Of a DNA stretch of 64,000 bases, positions 1 to 9,849 are shown piece after piece; the stretch's first letter is position 1; each line of letters opens with the position of its first letter. Under the pieces are notes generated by a model. That model worked only from the letters and a program-made list of their open reading frames with translations, made no database searches and was not told where the DNA came from. The position numbers and the translations under genes are program-made. Location: contig JAUSGT010000002.1 in assembly GCA_030648835.1 (NCBI GenBank), positions 565,458 through 629,457 of the forward strand, written 5' to 3'. The DNA comes from Candidatus Moraniibacteriota bacterium (GTDB lineage: Bacteria; Patescibacteriota; Minisyncoccia; Moranbacterales; UBA1568).

Positions 1-981
1 GAATGTATTGGGCAAGAAAACGTGAGCATAGTCTCTCTTCCGGTTGCCAATCGTTTTGTTTGGAATATTTTTGTTTTACCGAAATACCTTTTTCGAAATA
101 AAATTGATATTTTCCATACCCAGTATATTTTGCCGCTCTTTTCACCAAAGTGGACCAAAATGGTTACTCATATTCATGATGTTTCTTTCCGTCGTTATCC
201 CGAACTTATCGGTTGGCTTGACCGTCTCTTTCTTATGTTGCTTATTCCGCGTTCGCTTGCAAGGGCAACACTGATTGTCACTCCATCGCAATTTACCAAA
301 CAAGAAATCATCAAATATTACGCCGTACATGAGGAAAAAATAACGGTAGTCCAAAACGCGCTCGGGGAGAACTTTTTCAAAGATGCCGCAGAAGATACAG
401 AAAAAGATCGGGTTGTCAGAGAAAAATATCACCTTCCGGAAGACTTCATTATTGCTGCTGGGACGCTTCAACCGCGCAAAAACATCCCTTTGCTTGTGAG
501 CGCGTTTGCCTCTTTGCGAAAGCGTCTGCCCAAGATGAACCTTGTTTTGGTCGGCAATCGCCATGCTCATCACGCTGACAGTCAAATCGACAGGACTATC
601 GCGAGAGAGAACCTCGGGGAAACCGTCATCTTCCCGGGATTCGTCAAAGAATCGGATTTGCCTACGGTGATACGTTTGGCTCAAGTTTTTGTCCTGCCGT
701 CGCTTTACGAGGGCTTTGGCATCCCGCTTTTGGAAGCCATGAGCCAGCGTGTGCCGGTTGTCGCTTCCGATATTCCCGGTTTGCGGGAGGTCGGAGGTGA
801 AGCGGTAGCATATTTTGATCCCAAGAGCATTGTCAGTTGCGAGGAAAGAGTGTATACTCTTTGTACTCAAGAGGAAGAGAGAATGGCCTTAATCAAACAC
901 GGGGAAGAACGCGTGCGTTTATTTTCGTGGCAAAAGAGCGCTCATCTTCTGCTTAATGCGTATAATAAAATTTTACAATAA
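1..981 (+). CDS. Glycosyltransferase family 4 (5'-partial)
   Basis: Frame open from base 1; motifs HIHD, GTLQPRKN, PSLYEGFGIPLLEAM. Confidence 0.9.
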   Translation, partial: ECIGQENVSIVSLPVANRFVWNIFVLPKYLFRNKIDIFHTQYILPLFSPKWTKMVTHIHDVSFRRYPELIGWLDRLFLMLLIPRSLARATLIVTPSQFTKQEIIKYYAVHEEKITVVQNALGENFFKDAAEDTEKDRVVREKYHLPEDFIIAAGTLQPRKNIPLLVSAFASLRKRLPKMNLVLVGNRHAHHADSQIDRTIARENLGETVIFPGFVKESDLPTVIRLAQVFVLPSLYEGFGIPLLEAMSQRVPVVASDIPGLREVGGEAVAYFDPKSIVSCEERVYTLCTQEEERMALIKHGEERVRLFSWQKSAHLLLNAYNKILQ

Positions 982-984
982 ATT

Positions 985-2193
985 ATGACATCGGATACTT
1001 CTCGTGCATTTGGAGAAACTGTTGTCCCCAAAAAAAGGCGTTGGTTGCGGGTTACGCTTTTTGTTATCATTCTTCTGGCGCTGGCCGGAGGAGTATTCGC
1101 GTGGAAGACGGGCTACATTTTGAATAAAATTTCTCAGGGCAACGCGAACATTTTCAGAAGTATCATAAAGTCTTTGCCGGGTGTGGAGAAAAAACTTGCC
1201 GGCGAAAACAGCGGGCGTATCAATATCCTTCTGCTCGGTATGCGCGGAGAGAATGTGGTCGGCGGCGGGTTGCTGGCCGATACCATCATGGTACTTTCTA
1301 TCCACCCAAAACAGAATGAAGAGGATTCGACACGGGCGTCGCTCATATCCATTCCGCGTGATTTTTATGTGAAGGTGCCAGGTCGCGATGAACAACGAAA
1401 GATCAATGCCGTCTATGCTCTCGGTGAAGAACGCTCTCACGGTGGCGGAGGAATGGAGGATATGCAGAAGATTGTAGGGGAGATAACCGGTCTCACTATC
1501 CCGTACGCGATAACCCTTAATTTTCAGGGGTTCAAAGATCTGGTGAATGCCGTCGGCGGAGTAGTGGTGCATCTCGATCAACCGTTTGAGGAAGGTATGC
1601 AATTTCGAGGATTGGAAAAGCGTTGTGACGGAGTGCGTTTTACCGTTTTTTCGGGGAACTATGAGGAAAAGAGAATCCAGAGAAAAAATGGAACATACTA
1701 TGCCAACCTGAAACGCTACCCGCTTTGTTTTGAAAAAATGACCGCGCAAGCCGTGAAAGAACTTGAGTGTGGCGGAGATTTCAAGTTACCGGCTGGAGAT
1801 AATACTCTCGATGGAGACAAGGCACTCTGCTACGCGCGTGCCCGCTATACAACCAGTGATTTTGATCGTGCCAGACGTCAGCAAGAAGTGATAAAACTCA
1901 TCAAGGCGAAGGCGATGAGCGCCGGAACATTGACGGACTTTTCCAAAGTGAATGCCATTCTCGATACTCTTGGAAATAATGTCAGTACCAATATGGAAGC
2001 TTGGGAAATGAAACTTTTGTTTGATTTGTACCAAAAAATCGGCGACGTACAGATAAACCAAAAAGTTTTGGAAGATTCTGAAGAAGGTCTTCTCTATACT
2101 CCTCCGCAAACCAAAGAAACCGGCTACATACTCTTGCCGCGCGGCGATACGTATGAACGTATTCAGGAACTTTTCAGGAATTCCCTCAACTAA
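985..2193 (+). CDS. LCP (LytR-CpsA-Psr) family wall-polymer ligase
   Basis: N-terminal TM; NILLLG, DTIMV, SIPRD, YARAR, SDFDRARRQQ. Confidence 0.9.
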   Translation: MTSDTSRAFGETVVPKKRRWLRVTLFVIILLALAGGVFAWKTGYILNKISQGNANIFRSIIKSLPGVEKKLAGENSGRINILLLGMRGENVVGGGLLADTIMVLSIHPKQNEEDSTRASLISIPRDFYVKVPGRDEQRKINAVYALGEERSHGGGGMEDMQKIVGEITGLTIPYAITLNFQGFKDLVNAVGGVVVHLDQPFEEGMQFRGLEKRCDGVRFTVFSGNYEEKRIQRKNGTYYANLKRYPLCFEKMTAQAVKELECGGDFKLPAGDNTLDGDKALCYARARYTTSDFDRARRQQEVIKLIKAKAMSAGTLTDFSKVNAILDTLGNNVSTNMEAWEMKLLFDLYQKIGDVQINQKVLEDSEEGLLYTPPQTKETGYILLPRGDTYERIQELFRNSLN

Positions 2194-2220
2194 AAAACCG
2201 CATTTTTCAAGTTGATTTAC

Positions 2221-3045
2221 ATGGAAACAAAAGAACTCACCATTGCTATCAACGGATACAGGAGTCCGGAGTTACTCCGACTTTGCCTGCAGTCCATTTT
2301 TGAACATATGCAAGATTCCGGAATCAGGTACGAAGTATTGGTAACCGATAGCGCCACGAAGGAGGATACGGAAACACTGATGCGGGAAGAATTTCCGCAG
2401 GTTCGTTTTTTTCCTTTTACGAAAAATGTCGGATTCAAAACACTTGTCAACACCTCCCTCAAAGAAGCGCGCGGCGCTTTTATTTTTCTCATCAACAGCG
2501 ATATCATCCTCACCAAAGAAGCCATTCCGCAGATGCTCAATTACCTTAATAAACATCCGGATATAGGATTGCTCGCTCCCAAACAACTGAATTTCAACGG
2601 AACACTGCAACACAGCTGTTATCGTTTCTATCGTCCACAAACGATTCTCTATCGCCGTACATGGTTTTCCAAATTTCCTTTTGCCAAAAAACACCTGCGT
2701 TGGTTTATGATGGATGATTATGATCGAAAAGAACCAAAAGCTGTCGATTGGGTGATCGGCTCGGCGATGTTTACTTCTCAAAAAGCCGTGCAGGCCGTCG
2801 GTTTCATGGATGATCGATTCTTTATGTATATGGAAGATGTCGATTGGTGTCGTCGTTTCTGGGAAAACGGTTACAGAGTAGTCTACTATCCGAGCGCCTT
2901 CGTCTATCATTATCACGCCAAGGGAAGTGCCAAGGGTGGTTTCTTCGGGTCCCTTCTCTTTAATCGGTTGACCTGGTATCATATTGGAAGTGCTTTCCAA
3001 TATTTTTGGAAGTATCGCAACAAATCATTACCCACTGTACGTTAG
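2221..3045 (+). CDS. Glycosyltransferase family 2 (WbbL-like)
   Basis: LINSD, DWVIGS, FMYMEDVDWC motifs. Confidence 0.9.
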   Translation: METKELTIAINGYRSPELLRLCLQSIFEHMQDSGIRYEVLVTDSATKEDTETLMREEFPQVRFFPFTKNVGFKTLVNTSLKEARGAFIFLINSDIILTKEAIPQMLNYLNKHPDIGLLAPKQLNFNGTLQHSCYRFYRPQTILYRRTWFSKFPFAKKHLRWFMMDDYDRKEPKAVDWVIGSAMFTSQKAVQAVGFMDDRFFMYMEDVDWCRRFWENGYRVVYYPSAFVYHYHAKGSAKGGFFGSLLFNRLTWYHIGSAFQYFWKYRNKSLPTVR

Positions 3046-3046
3046 C

Positions 3047-4363
3047 ATGGAAAATTTATCACCCACACCGTCCGAACAAAATAACGAAAGCGAAGAACTC
3101 GTACTTGCCTCCGAATATGAGCGCGGCTATAGGCTTTTTAAGAAAGCCTTTGCGTTTTTCTTTGTGCTTTTTTTGATTGGCGCGGCATTTTGGTCCGGGT
3201 ATGAACAGGGGAAACGTTTCTCTCCTATCAGTGACAGCGGGGTAGAAAATACGCTTTCTCCGGATGAAGCAATTTTTCTCAACAAAACAAACCAGGACAA
3301 AACTATCGACTTTTCGCTTTTCTGGAAGGTCTGGGGATTGCTGAAAAGCAAGTATGTCGATAACCAAAAGCTTGATGCTCACGCGCTGTTTTACGGAGCT
3401 ATCAAAGGAATGTTGGCCGCTACCGGTGATCCGTACACCACATTCTTCGATCCGAAAGAGAATGCCGCGTTTCAAGAAGATATTTCAGGAACATTTGAAG
3501 GCATCGGCGCCGAAATGGGCGTTCAGAATGAAGTGTTGACGGTTATCGCTCCTCTGGAAGGGACACCTGCCGAAAAGGCGGGTCTTTTGGCGGGAGACAA
3601 AATTATAAAGATTGATGACCAGGCGACCAGCAGTATGTCCCTCGATGAGGCGGTCGGTAAGATCCGTGGAGCAAAAGGAAGCGAAGTGAAACTCACTCTT
3701 TTCCACAACGGTGACGAAGAATCTAGCGATATTGTCGTCAAGCGGGATGTCATCTTGGTGAAGAGTGTCCGTTTCGAGATGAAAGAAAACACTATCGCTT
3801 ATATCCGTATCAGCCGTTTTGGTGACGATACAAACAAGGAGTTTCAGGAAGCGGTGAAACAAACTGTCGATAAAAAAGCAAAAGGTCTGATCATCGATAT
3901 GCGCAATGATCCGGGGGGATTCCTCGAAACGGCTGTCGATATCGCGAGCGTTATGCTCCCTTCCGGCAAGGTGGTTGTGATGGAAGAAAACGGTGCCGGG
4001 GAGCGCAAAGAAATCAAATCCAGAGGGGGTGATGTCTTGAGCCAGATTCCAACCGTTGTTCTCATCAATGAAGGAAGCGCGAGCGCATCCGAAATTCTTG
4101 CCGGGGCGCTGAAGGACAATCGTGACAACGTAACACTTGTCGGTAAGAAATCTTTTGGGAAGGGATCGGTGCAGGAACTTACTTCTGTGAGCAAAGATAC
4201 CGCTGTCAAGATCACTGTGGCGCGCTGGCTCACACCTGCCGGGAACCAGATCAATACGGTCGGTATCGCTCCGGACATCGAGGTGAATATAACCCGGGAG
4301 GATATCGACAACAAACGTGACCCGCAGCTCGATAAAGCTTTGGAAATTCTTAAAGGGAAGTGA
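3047..4363 (+). CDS. ctpA: S41 carboxy-terminal processing protease
   Basis: PDZ (GIGAE..PAEKAG), DMRNDPGG, SASASEI, GKGSVQ. Confidence 0.92.
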   Translation: MENLSPTPSEQNNESEELVLASEYERGYRLFKKAFAFFFVLFLIGAAFWSGYEQGKRFSPISDSGVENTLSPDEAIFLNKTNQDKTIDFSLFWKVWGLLKSKYVDNQKLDAHALFYGAIKGMLAATGDPYTTFFDPKENAAFQEDISGTFEGIGAEMGVQNEVLTVIAPLEGTPAEKAGLLAGDKIIKIDDQATSSMSLDEAVGKIRGAKGSEVKLTLFHNGDEESSDIVVKRDVILVKSVRFEMKENTIAYIRISRFGDDTNKEFQEAVKQTVDKKAKGLIIDMRNDPGGFLETAVDIASVMLPSGKVVVMEENGAGERKEIKSRGGDVLSQIPTVVLINEGSASASEILAGALKDNRDNVTLVGKKSFGKGSVQELTSVSKDTAVKITVARWLTPAGNQINTVGIAPDIEVNITREDIDNKRDPQLDKALEILKGK

Positions 4364-4374
4364 GGAGAATAGGG

Positions 4375-4403
4375 TTGACCACATTGCCGATTTTTTCTAT
4401 AAT
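4375..4403 (+). promoter_or_regulatory. sigma70 promoter of groES
   Basis: TTGACC-N17-TATAAT. Confidence 0.75.
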
Positions 4404-4437
4404 GGAGAATACTCATAATCACTTAATAGGAAACAAT

Positions 4438-4713
4438 ATGAAAAAAACGAACGTCAAACCGCTCGGAGAAAATGTGCTCATTCATCCGGAAAAGCCGGAG
4501 CAGAAAACAGCAGCCGGCATCTATCTGCCCGATACTGCGAGTCAAGAACATTCTCAGCTTGGTACAGTGGTAGCGACAGGGGAAAGCGATAAAATAAAAG
4601 TCAAAAAAGGCCAAAAAGTCATTTTCAGGCGCTATGGAGGCGAAGAGGTTAAGATAGATGGGGAAGAATACTTGATTGCCAACTATAAAGATATTCTTGC
4701 CATAATTGGCTAA
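4438..4713 (+). CDS. groES: Co-chaperonin GroES
   Basis: KPLGENVLI, KTAAGIYLP, YGGEEVKIDGEEYLI..KDILAI. Confidence 0.93.
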   Translation: MKKTNVKPLGENVLIHPEKPEQKTAAGIYLPDTASQEHSQLGTVVATGESDKIKVKKGQKVIFRRYGGEEVKIDGEEYLIANYKDILAIIG

Positions 4714-4779
4714 CTGTTTGAAAAGTAAACAAAAGCATTCTCCACATCGAGAATGTTTTTTTGTGGGTTTTTTGCCAGT

Positions 4780-5601
4780 CTACGGTTGAAAAGAAAGTCC
4801 TGACAGAGTGGAGAGGTATTTGCCACCGGTGAGAGTGCGCGCGGAAAAAACACCAAGATCGGAAAGACGGACACCACCCTGAAAAGAGGCGAGATCGTTT
4901 TCGCCGTAAACGACAATCTGACGCCCGCTGGGGATTTCACCGACGCGCTTTTCCAACTGATCGAGAGGAATATTCACAGCCCCTTCCAGATGCCTTTTTC
5001 CGAAACCTTCTTCTGTCTGTATATCAAGAACGAAGAGGGAAAGAGTTTTTTGAGTCAGAAGATTTTTGTATTCCTCCACCGAAAGATAGGTTACTTTTGA
5101 TTGATCAACGAAGGAATTCGGATCGCCAGTCGAGACAGTGGGCGCGTTCAGCGTTTGCCAGCCTTCAAATCCGCCCTTAAGGAAAAAGTACGCGAAGGAT
5201 TTTTCGTTCATAATATTCTTAGCCGTTTCAAACACTCCCGCGTCGTCTTCGGAAAAAATAATTACCACCATCTCATCTTTGGCCGGAGAAAAGTTTTGGA
5301 GAGAGCCTATCGGTAAAGAGAGAGCATGCGCGATATGTCCCAGTCTGTAGGCTGTCTCGGGACGCACATCGATGAGCGCTACTGGGTCGCCATTTTGGAT
5401 TTTTTTTAAGAGAATATCCGGCGCTATCAGAGGAACGTTTGTCTTAAGGGAGGAATCGGTCGATACGGAATTCGGCAACGAACCGGTGTTTTCGGAGAAA
5501 ATATTTTTGCCAACAAAATAAATACCGACAGCGACAATCAAAAGACCGCCAACAAGAAGGGTCCGTTTGTCACGCTGATTGTCTTGATATGGAGTTGGCA
5601 T
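4780..5601 (-). CDS. Membrane-anchored tandem rhodanese-domain protein
   Basis: N-terminal TM; IDVR..GHIAHA, LKGGFEGW, HLEGAVNIP; contains no Cys. Confidence 0.8.
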   Translation of the reverse strand: MPTPYQDNQRDKRTLLVGGLLIVAVGIYFVGKNIFSENTGSLPNSVSTDSSLKTNVPLIAPDILLKKIQNGDPVALIDVRPETAYRLGHIAHALSLPIGSLQNFSPAKDEMVVIIFSEDDAGVFETAKNIMNEKSFAYFFLKGGFEGWQTLNAPTVSTGDPNSFVDQSKVTYLSVEEYKNLLTQKTLSLFVLDIQTEEGFGKRHLEGAVNIPLDQLEKRVGEIPSGRQIVVYGENDLASFQGGVRLSDLGVFSARTLTGGKYLSTLSGLSFQP

Positions 5602-5616
5602 ACGTTGTATTTTTTA

Positions 5617-5715
5617 CCCCGTTAGAGAATATTTCAAAGCTTACTATGAAAGAGTATAATTTTCCTATTTAGGCACAAGTTTTGCTAACATCCCGTACGA
5701 GTTTCTCTAACGGGG
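5617..5715. mobile_element. MITE-like element with CCCCGTTAGAGAA terminal inverted repeats
   Basis: 13-bp perfect IR flanked by TTTA direct repeats (5613-5616, 5716-5719). Confidence 0.65.
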
Positions 5716-5716
5716 T

Positions 5717-6763
5717 TTACTGGAGAAAACTCCCGATGATTTCTTTGTTGCCAAGTAAAAATTCGGCGATACCCGTCTCTGTTTTCCCCTCCAGTTGAAC
5801 CGTTTCCAAAAAAATTATGCCTTCTCCTGTCTGGACGCCTACTTTTTCTCCCACTTCGAATACCTGGCCGATAAGCTGTGGTACCTGTGGCGATTGTTTT
5901 TGAAAAGAAATACGGAGCAATTTCAACCGCAGCAGTTCGGTATCTTTTTTCCAAAAAGCGAATATGCCCGGCCAAGGGTAGAGGGCGCGAAAGCGATTAT
6001 AAATAGCTTCTGCCTCGTCCGTCCACAGTATGTGACCATCCTCACGCTCGATAAGCTGACAGAGGGTAGCTTGAGTATTATCCTGGGGCAGAGGGGTGAG
6101 GGTGCGTTCTACCCAGAGTGGCACTGTTTCCAAAAGAGCATCGCGTCCTACTTCGGCGAGGCGGATGCTGAGAGATTCTTGCGTATCTTCCGGAGCGATG
6201 GGAATCTTTTTTTGAGTCAAAATATTTCCCGTATCCATACCTTCATCCATGAGCATCAGGGTGATGCCGGTTTCAGTCGCGCCGGTGAGGAGGGCATTCT
6301 GAATAGGGGAGGCTCCGCGCCACTTGGGGAGAAGAGAGGCGTGCACATTGATGCATCCGAAACCGGGAATATCTAAGATCTCTTTCGGAAGGATGCGCCC
6401 ATACGCCGCCACGATGATGAGATCCGGTTTCAGGTCTCTTATTTTTTCTACTGCCGACTGGTCAAGTTTCTCCGGTTGTTCGACGAGAAGACCATATTCC
6501 GAGGCTTTCTTTTTGACGGCGCTTTCCGTGACTTCTTGTTTGCGCCCGGTCGGCTTGTCTTTTCTGGTTACGACACCGACAATATGATATTTCTCTTCCA
6601 CTAATCCGGAAAGGACAGTCGCGGAAAATTCCGGTGTTCCCATAAACAGCACCCGGATTTTCGGGGCGTCAAAGCGAGAAGTTTCTGTTTTTTCGGAGAA
6701 TTCGGTCTCCTGTTTTGCAGGTTCTTGTTTCGGGATAAGACGAGTCAAATCAAACCAGGCCAT
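5717..6763 (-). CDS. fmt: Methionyl-tRNA formyltransferase
   Basis: FMGTPEF, INVHASLLPKWRGASPI, MDEGMDTG; about 33-aa N-terminal extension. Confidence 0.95.
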   Translation of the reverse strand: MAWFDLTRLIPKQEPAKQETEFSEKTETSRFDAPKIRVLFMGTPEFSATVLSGLVEEKYHIVGVVTRKDKPTGRKQEVTESAVKKKASEYGLLVEQPEKLDQSAVEKIRDLKPDLIIVAAYGRILPKEILDIPGFGCINVHASLLPKWRGASPIQNALLTGATETGITLMLMDEGMDTGNILTQKKIPIAPEDTQESLSIRLAEVGRDALLETVPLWVERTLTPLPQDNTQATLCQLIEREDGHILWTDEAEAIYNRFRALYPWPGIFAFWKKDTELLRLKLLRISFQKQSPQVPQLIGQVFEVGEKVGVQTGEGIIFLETVQLEGKTETGIAEFLLGNKEIIGSFLQ

Positions 6764-6772
6764 ATTTTTCTG

Positions 6773-7246
6773 TTAAAGTTTTAGGGCTTTGTTTTTTTTC
6801 TGCTGCTTTCTGTAACGATTGACGATAATGATACCGTCAAGATGGTCTACTTCATGTTGGATGATGATTGCCAGAAGGCCTGTTGCGCGTATTTTTTTTG
6901 GCAGGCCTTTTTCGTTCTGATAACGAACAGTGATCGCGATTGATCGGATAATAGGAAAAAATTCTCCCGGAAGGCTCAAACAACCTTCTTCAAAAACTAT
7001 TTTTTCTTGCGAATATGATGTGATATCCGGATTGATGAGGAAAATCACTCTATCATCCGCTTCAGCAACCGCCAAACGAAGCGACTTGCCGATTTGCGGC
7101 GCAGCCAGGCCAATGCCTTTTTCTTTGTGCATCGTTTCTACCATTTCCGGCAGTAATGCCTGAATTTCTTTCGCCAGAGGATCCTTCACTCTCTCGGTTT
7201 TTTTGAGTAATATCTTGGTTGTGGCTCCAGTAACAAGTGTAAGCAT
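6773..7246 (-). CDS. def: Peptide deformylase
   Basis: GIGLAAPQIG, EGCLS, QHEVDHLDG. Confidence 0.96.
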   Translation of the reverse strand: MLTLVTGATTKILLKKTERVKDPLAKEIQALLPEMVETMHKEKGIGLAAPQIGKSLRLAVAEADDRVIFLINPDITSYSQEKIVFEEGCLSLPGEFFPIIRSIAITVRYQNEKGLPKKIRATGLLAIIIQHEVDHLDGIIIVNRYRKQQKKNKALKL

Positions 7247-7252
7247 AAATTT

Positions 7253-9235
7253 CTAAAAAAGTGACAAGGGGTCGACATCAATAACATATGTGGCGCTTGC
7301 TTTCCGTAAAAAAGCGCGCAAATCTTTTGTCAGAGGCATACCGGCCGGAATTCGTACAACGAGGGAACTTTCAAATAACTTTTTGGTAGTGATCTTTTGG
7401 ATCGGACGGAAAATGTTTACTCGGTAGCCGGAATCTTTTTTTGGAAAAAGCTCTCGGAGGGTCACTTCCAATGCCTCAGTGGCTTTCTTTACCTCTTCTT
7501 CTGTTTTTCCTTGGCAGGTGATTGAAATGAGACGAGAGAATGGGGGGTAGAAAAGTCCTTCACGTTCAGAAAGCAGCTTCTTTGAAAACGCTTCAATATC
7601 GAGAGTAGCTATCCTCTGAAAAAAAGTGCTTTCCGGGTGAAATGTCTGTATAACGAGGCGCCCCGTGTGATTTTTTCCCCGCAAAACAGCCATCCGTCCG
7701 GTAAATCTTGTAAGAATCTGAAAAAGTTTTTCATCCGCTCGAAAATCCGGGAAAGAAAGGAGGCTATCCGCGTCAATCATACCAACCAAAGCCAGTTTCG
7801 GCAAGATGTCCGCTTTGAGTATCATCTGCGTTCCGATCAGAATATCGATTTTTCCTTCGGATGCTTTTGTATACAAATCTGCCGCGCTCCCCACATTTTG
7901 CATGGTCTCTTTGTCGGCCCGAAAGACACGCGCTCGAGGAAAAAGTTTCTTTATTTCGTGTTCGACGCGTTCCGATCCGAATCCGACAGAGCGAAAAGAG
8001 AGGTTTTTGCAACTTGGGCAACTGGGGAAAGTGGTTGTTCTGTATCCGCAGGCGCCACAACGAAAGGCGCCATCTTTTCCGCTTATAAGAGTGTGTCCGG
8101 AATTGGGACATCGAAAAATATTTTTGCAGTTTTCACAGACAGAAAAAGCGCTCATTCCTTGGCGATGGATATAGAGAAGTGTTTGCTTGTTTAAAGAGAG
8201 CGCCTCTCGCAAAGCATCGACAAGCACCCCTGAAAGAGGAGAGTAATTCTTTTTGAAACGCTCCAAACGCAAGTTGACAATCTCAGGTGTCACCTTCGAC
8301 AAAGGAAGGCGTGCTAACGGTGTAAGAGGGACGTATTTTTTTTGTTCGATGTGATATCGACTTTCAACGCTCGGTGTTTCCGAAACAAGAAGCAGTTTCG
8401 CGTTATGCAGCGTGGTCAGGTTCTCCGCTACCCACTTACCTCCGTAGCGCGGACTCATATCCCATTGTTTGTAACTCTCATCTTGTTCTTCGAGCAGTGC
8501 CACCAGTCCCAAATGTCGAAAGGGAGCAAAAAGCCCTTGACGTGTGGCGAGAATGATGGTGGCTTCTCCGGAACGGATTTTTTCCCATGTTTCAAAGTAC
8601 GGACCAAGTGCAAGCTTGCTGTGGAGGAGAGCGATTTTCTCCGAAGGGAAGTACCGAGAAAAAACACTTTCCAACTCCGGAAGAAGAATAATTTCCGGAA
8701 CCAAAAAGAGTGTCTGTCGGTTTTCTCCGGTAACTTTTTTCGCAAGTCGTACGAAAAGCTGTTTGGAATTTTTGAAAACGGACGTATTGATATATCCGAT
8801 GGTGTTTTTTTTCTGCGCGCCGAAGGCCTTGAGAATACGCAACTCGTCTTTGTTTGATTGAAGTGTTTCAAATTTTTTTGGGCCGACAACTTTTTTCTTT
8901 CTCGCTTTCGTGCGCTTTGGCAGAAAATGTTTGAGCGTTTTCCCCAGCGGCGCGAAATACTCTTCGCTGACATTTTTCGCCAGTTCCAGCTGTTCGGCTG
9001 TAAGAAATTGTTTTTCGATGACTTTGGAAACCCACTTCATCCATGCCGGCACTTGGCCGGGTAGGGGAGCGCAATCAAAAACGATACCCTGCAAAGAGCG
9101 CTTTCCAAAGGATATCGCCACGAGTGACCCCAACTCAATCGGCTCGGAAGACAGGTAGCTGAAAAACGGCGAGCGCGTCAGCGGCAAAATGACCAAAGGG
9201 GCAATTTCGACTCGGTAGAGTTTCCTCATTTTCAT
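7253..9235 (-). CDS. priA: Primosomal protein N' (degenerate helicase motifs)
   Basis: LVPEI, YKQ..SPRY, Cys cluster, PDFRADE, YPPF; next to def-fmt. Confidence 0.88.
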   Translation of the reverse strand: MKMRKLYRVEIAPLVILPLTRSPFFSYLSSEPIELGSLVAISFGKRSLQGIVFDCAPLPGQVPAWMKWVSKVIEKQFLTAEQLELAKNVSEEYFAPLGKTLKHFLPKRTKARKKKVVGPKKFETLQSNKDELRILKAFGAQKKNTIGYINTSVFKNSKQLFVRLAKKVTGENRQTLFLVPEIILLPELESVFSRYFPSEKIALLHSKLALGPYFETWEKIRSGEATIILATRQGLFAPFRHLGLVALLEEQDESYKQWDMSPRYGGKWVAENLTTLHNAKLLLVSETPSVESRYHIEQKKYVPLTPLARLPLSKVTPEIVNLRLERFKKNYSPLSGVLVDALREALSLNKQTLLYIHRQGMSAFSVCENCKNIFRCPNSGHTLISGKDGAFRCGACGYRTTTFPSCPSCKNLSFRSVGFGSERVEHEIKKLFPRARVFRADKETMQNVGSAADLYTKASEGKIDILIGTQMILKADILPKLALVGMIDADSLLSFPDFRADEKLFQILTRFTGRMAVLRGKNHTGRLVIQTFHPESTFFQRIATLDIEAFSKKLLSEREGLFYPPFSRLISITCQGKTEEEVKKATEALEVTLRELFPKKDSGYRVNIFRPIQKITTKKLFESSLVVRIPAGMPLTKDLRAFLRKASATYVIDVDPLSLF

Positions 9236-9285
9236 ACGGGTAAGTATAGCATATTTTATTGCTTTTTTGGCTTTATTGGGCTACT

Positions 9286-9843
9286 ATGGCTCATATGAAC
9301 AAGACACGAAGACTTTTTGTCGGTATTCCGCTTTCAGCACCTTTGCGCAAGCGATTGACTCAGGAAATGCAGATGTGGCCGAAAGAATCCATCCTTCGCA
9401 CAGCGGAAGAAAATCTGCATGTGACGCTTTTTTTCTTGGGATTTATCCAAGAAGAACACGTGGGGGAAATATGTGCCCGAGTTGGCAAAGTCTGCAAAGA
9501 AATTGAATCCTTTGAACTGGCATTCACCGGTATGCAGCTGGTGGAGAGTGAGGAATCTCCAAAGATGATCTGGCTTGCCGGCGAAGTGAATGATGCCCTG
9601 CGAATCCTTTTGGAAAAAATAGAAAAAGCTTTTTCATCGTTCGTTACGGAAAGAAAAACCTACCGGCCTCACGTCACGCTTGCCAAAATCAAAAAATCAA
9701 AGTGGCTGAAACTGGCCGAGAAACCCCAACTGAAAGAAAAGCTCTCGGTCGTGGAATCGGTAGATACCGTAGCGGTCTTCGAAAGCCTCTCACTCGATGG
9801 CAAACGTCGCCATGAACAGATCGACACGTTCCCGTTACTGTAG
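9286..9843 (+). CDS. thpR: RNA 2',3'-cyclic phosphodiesterase (2H family)
   Basis: RLFVGI and two HVTL motifs. Confidence 0.88.
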   Translation: MAHMNKTRRLFVGIPLSAPLRKRLTQEMQMWPKESILRTAEENLHVTLFFLGFIQEEHVGEICARVGKVCKEIESFELAFTGMQLVESEESPKMIWLAGEVNDALRILLEKIEKAFSSFVTERKTYRPHVTLAKIKKSKWLKLAEKPQLKEKLSVVESVDTVAVFESLSLDGKRRHEQIDTFPLL

Positions 9844-9849
9844 ACAAGT

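Noticed and set aside
3485-4384. 299-aa - strand ORF
   Set aside because: Antisense shadow of ctpA
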